Assembly (NCBI GenBank): GCA_004431415.1
Contig: QPMI01000620.1
Coordinates: 1 to 56,212 of the forward strand
Origin: Cyanophora paradoxa CCMP329
Lineage: Eukaryota; Plantae; Glaucophyta
Reading direction: 5' to 3'
DNA length: 56,212 nt
Shown here: piece by piece, positions 55,494-56,212 of the stretch
Layout: every line of letters starts with the position of its first letter
How positions within the stretch are numbered: the stretch's first letter is position 1
Made by a program: the position numbers and the translations under genes
The notes under the pieces: generated by a model
What the model was told of the DNA's origin: nothing
Databases searched by the model: none
What the model saw: the letters and a program-made list of their open reading frames with translations, nothing else

Positions 55494-56212
55494 ATGATAT
55501 CACTTCCACTCTTCAAAGACTTTCGCTGAAAGAAGCCCTAACAACCCCAGAGGAGGCGAAAGCCTTTTTCCTGGATAACTCCCTTATGCTTGGTCTCGAA
55601 TCCAAGTCTAAGCCAGTTCTAGTTGTTGTGAATCCTAGTAATACTTTCACAAATAATGTAGGAAATCGCATTTCCTTCAAGCTACCTCGCTACAATTTCT
55701 GTGGAAAAACTCGAACTTGCTTTCGACCTTCCAGCCATCACTTTTGCTGGTGATACTGATCTAGTTCGCAATGGATACACTCGCCCAGTTGGTGCTTTAG
55801 TTCAGCGACTTGAAATTACCTATGGATCTTACACCTACCATATTCCATCTGATTTCCTTGCTCATTTCCCCCTGGTCTATTATTCGGAGGATCAACTAGC
55901 TAAAAAGAAACGATCAATGGGCATGGTTCATGGCATCCCTGCTCATGGAACCAACCGACTTGGTGGCTCATTTTTCGTTGAAATTCCAGTGCCTTGGCTA
56001 AAATCACTACCTTCCCCTTGGTGCTTTATCTGGTGAAATGGTTGTTACTGTTTGGTTTAAGGATGTTGGAAAAGGCTATGTTGAAACATCCTATGGTGGT
56101 CGTGGTCTTACTGTTGCAGCAGCTGATGTAGATTATTCAAAAGATGATGGTCTTGGAACTGCCCCTGCTGAAACTGTTCTGGCAAAATGTTGGTCAAAAC
56201 ATCACAGACTTT
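55494..56212 (+). CDS. Double-jelly-roll major capsid protein, 5' part (frameshifted, truncated by window end)
   Basis: GNRISFKLPRYNF..KLELAFDLPAI..VGALVQRLEITYG..FFVEIPVPW..GEMVVTVWF; directly downstream of the penton genes. Confidence 0.7.

Larger units (their letters stand above)
41264..56212. mobile_element. Endogenous double-jelly-roll DNA virus (Polinton-like virus or small Nucleocytoviricota relative); left end present, right part beyond the window
   Basis: Abrupt shift from very GC-rich intron-rich DNA to AT-rich, intronless, densely packed ORFs; MCP plus two penton-like genes, fibres, patatin; structured non-coding terminus. Confidence 0.88.

Noticed and set aside
41264-56212. Bacterial prophage or contaminant
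   Set aside because: Despite phage-like fibres and SpeD, the capsid genes are jelly-roll/penton type, no consistent Shine-Dalgarno motifs or terminase/portal genes are visible, and the terminus is structured; chimerism still needs a read check

Overview
Eukaryotic nuclear DNA in two sharply different halves. (1) 1-41263 is GC-rich host genome with many short introns. It most likely comes from a primary-plastid alga, possibly a glaucophyte; this is inferred only from an N-terminal 'MMFVAP..SAFAG' transit peptide. It holds the gag-like 5' half of a retrotransposon (1-~4480), a claudin-like gene lacking its first exon, and a ~5 kb stretch of TE debris (tRNA-headed SINE with TSD, MITE, dispersed repeats). 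Intron-rich genes follow: a membrane adenylyl cyclase with inverted C2/C1 order, plastid PrxQ, S10 carboxypeptidase, TKL kinase with CaaX, a Myb-like gene, PAAT/C10orf88, an internally duplicated membrane protein, an SLC49-like MFS transporter and DNA polymerase lambda. (2) 41264-56212 is an AT-rich, intronless endogenous double-jelly-roll DNA virus (Polinton-like virus or small Nucleocytoviricota relative), cut off by the window end. It begins with a perfect 29-bp hairpin and ~1.2 kb of iterated palindromic repeats. It encodes AdoMet decarboxylase, a DUF723-like Zn protein, four paralogous fibre-like proteins (shared N-terminal module, swapped heads including gC1q), a phage-type fibre partner, a ~1440-aa HxH-repeat fibre with a lectin-like tip, a patatin-discoidin fusion, two divergent pentons and the start of a major capsid protein. 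Two sequence-level signatures stand out: 3-bp inverted triplications (X-X'-X insertions) between host repeat copies, and viral CpGs surviving almost only as TCG/CGA. Exon boundaries are read by eye and family calls rest on recalled motifs; no searches were run.
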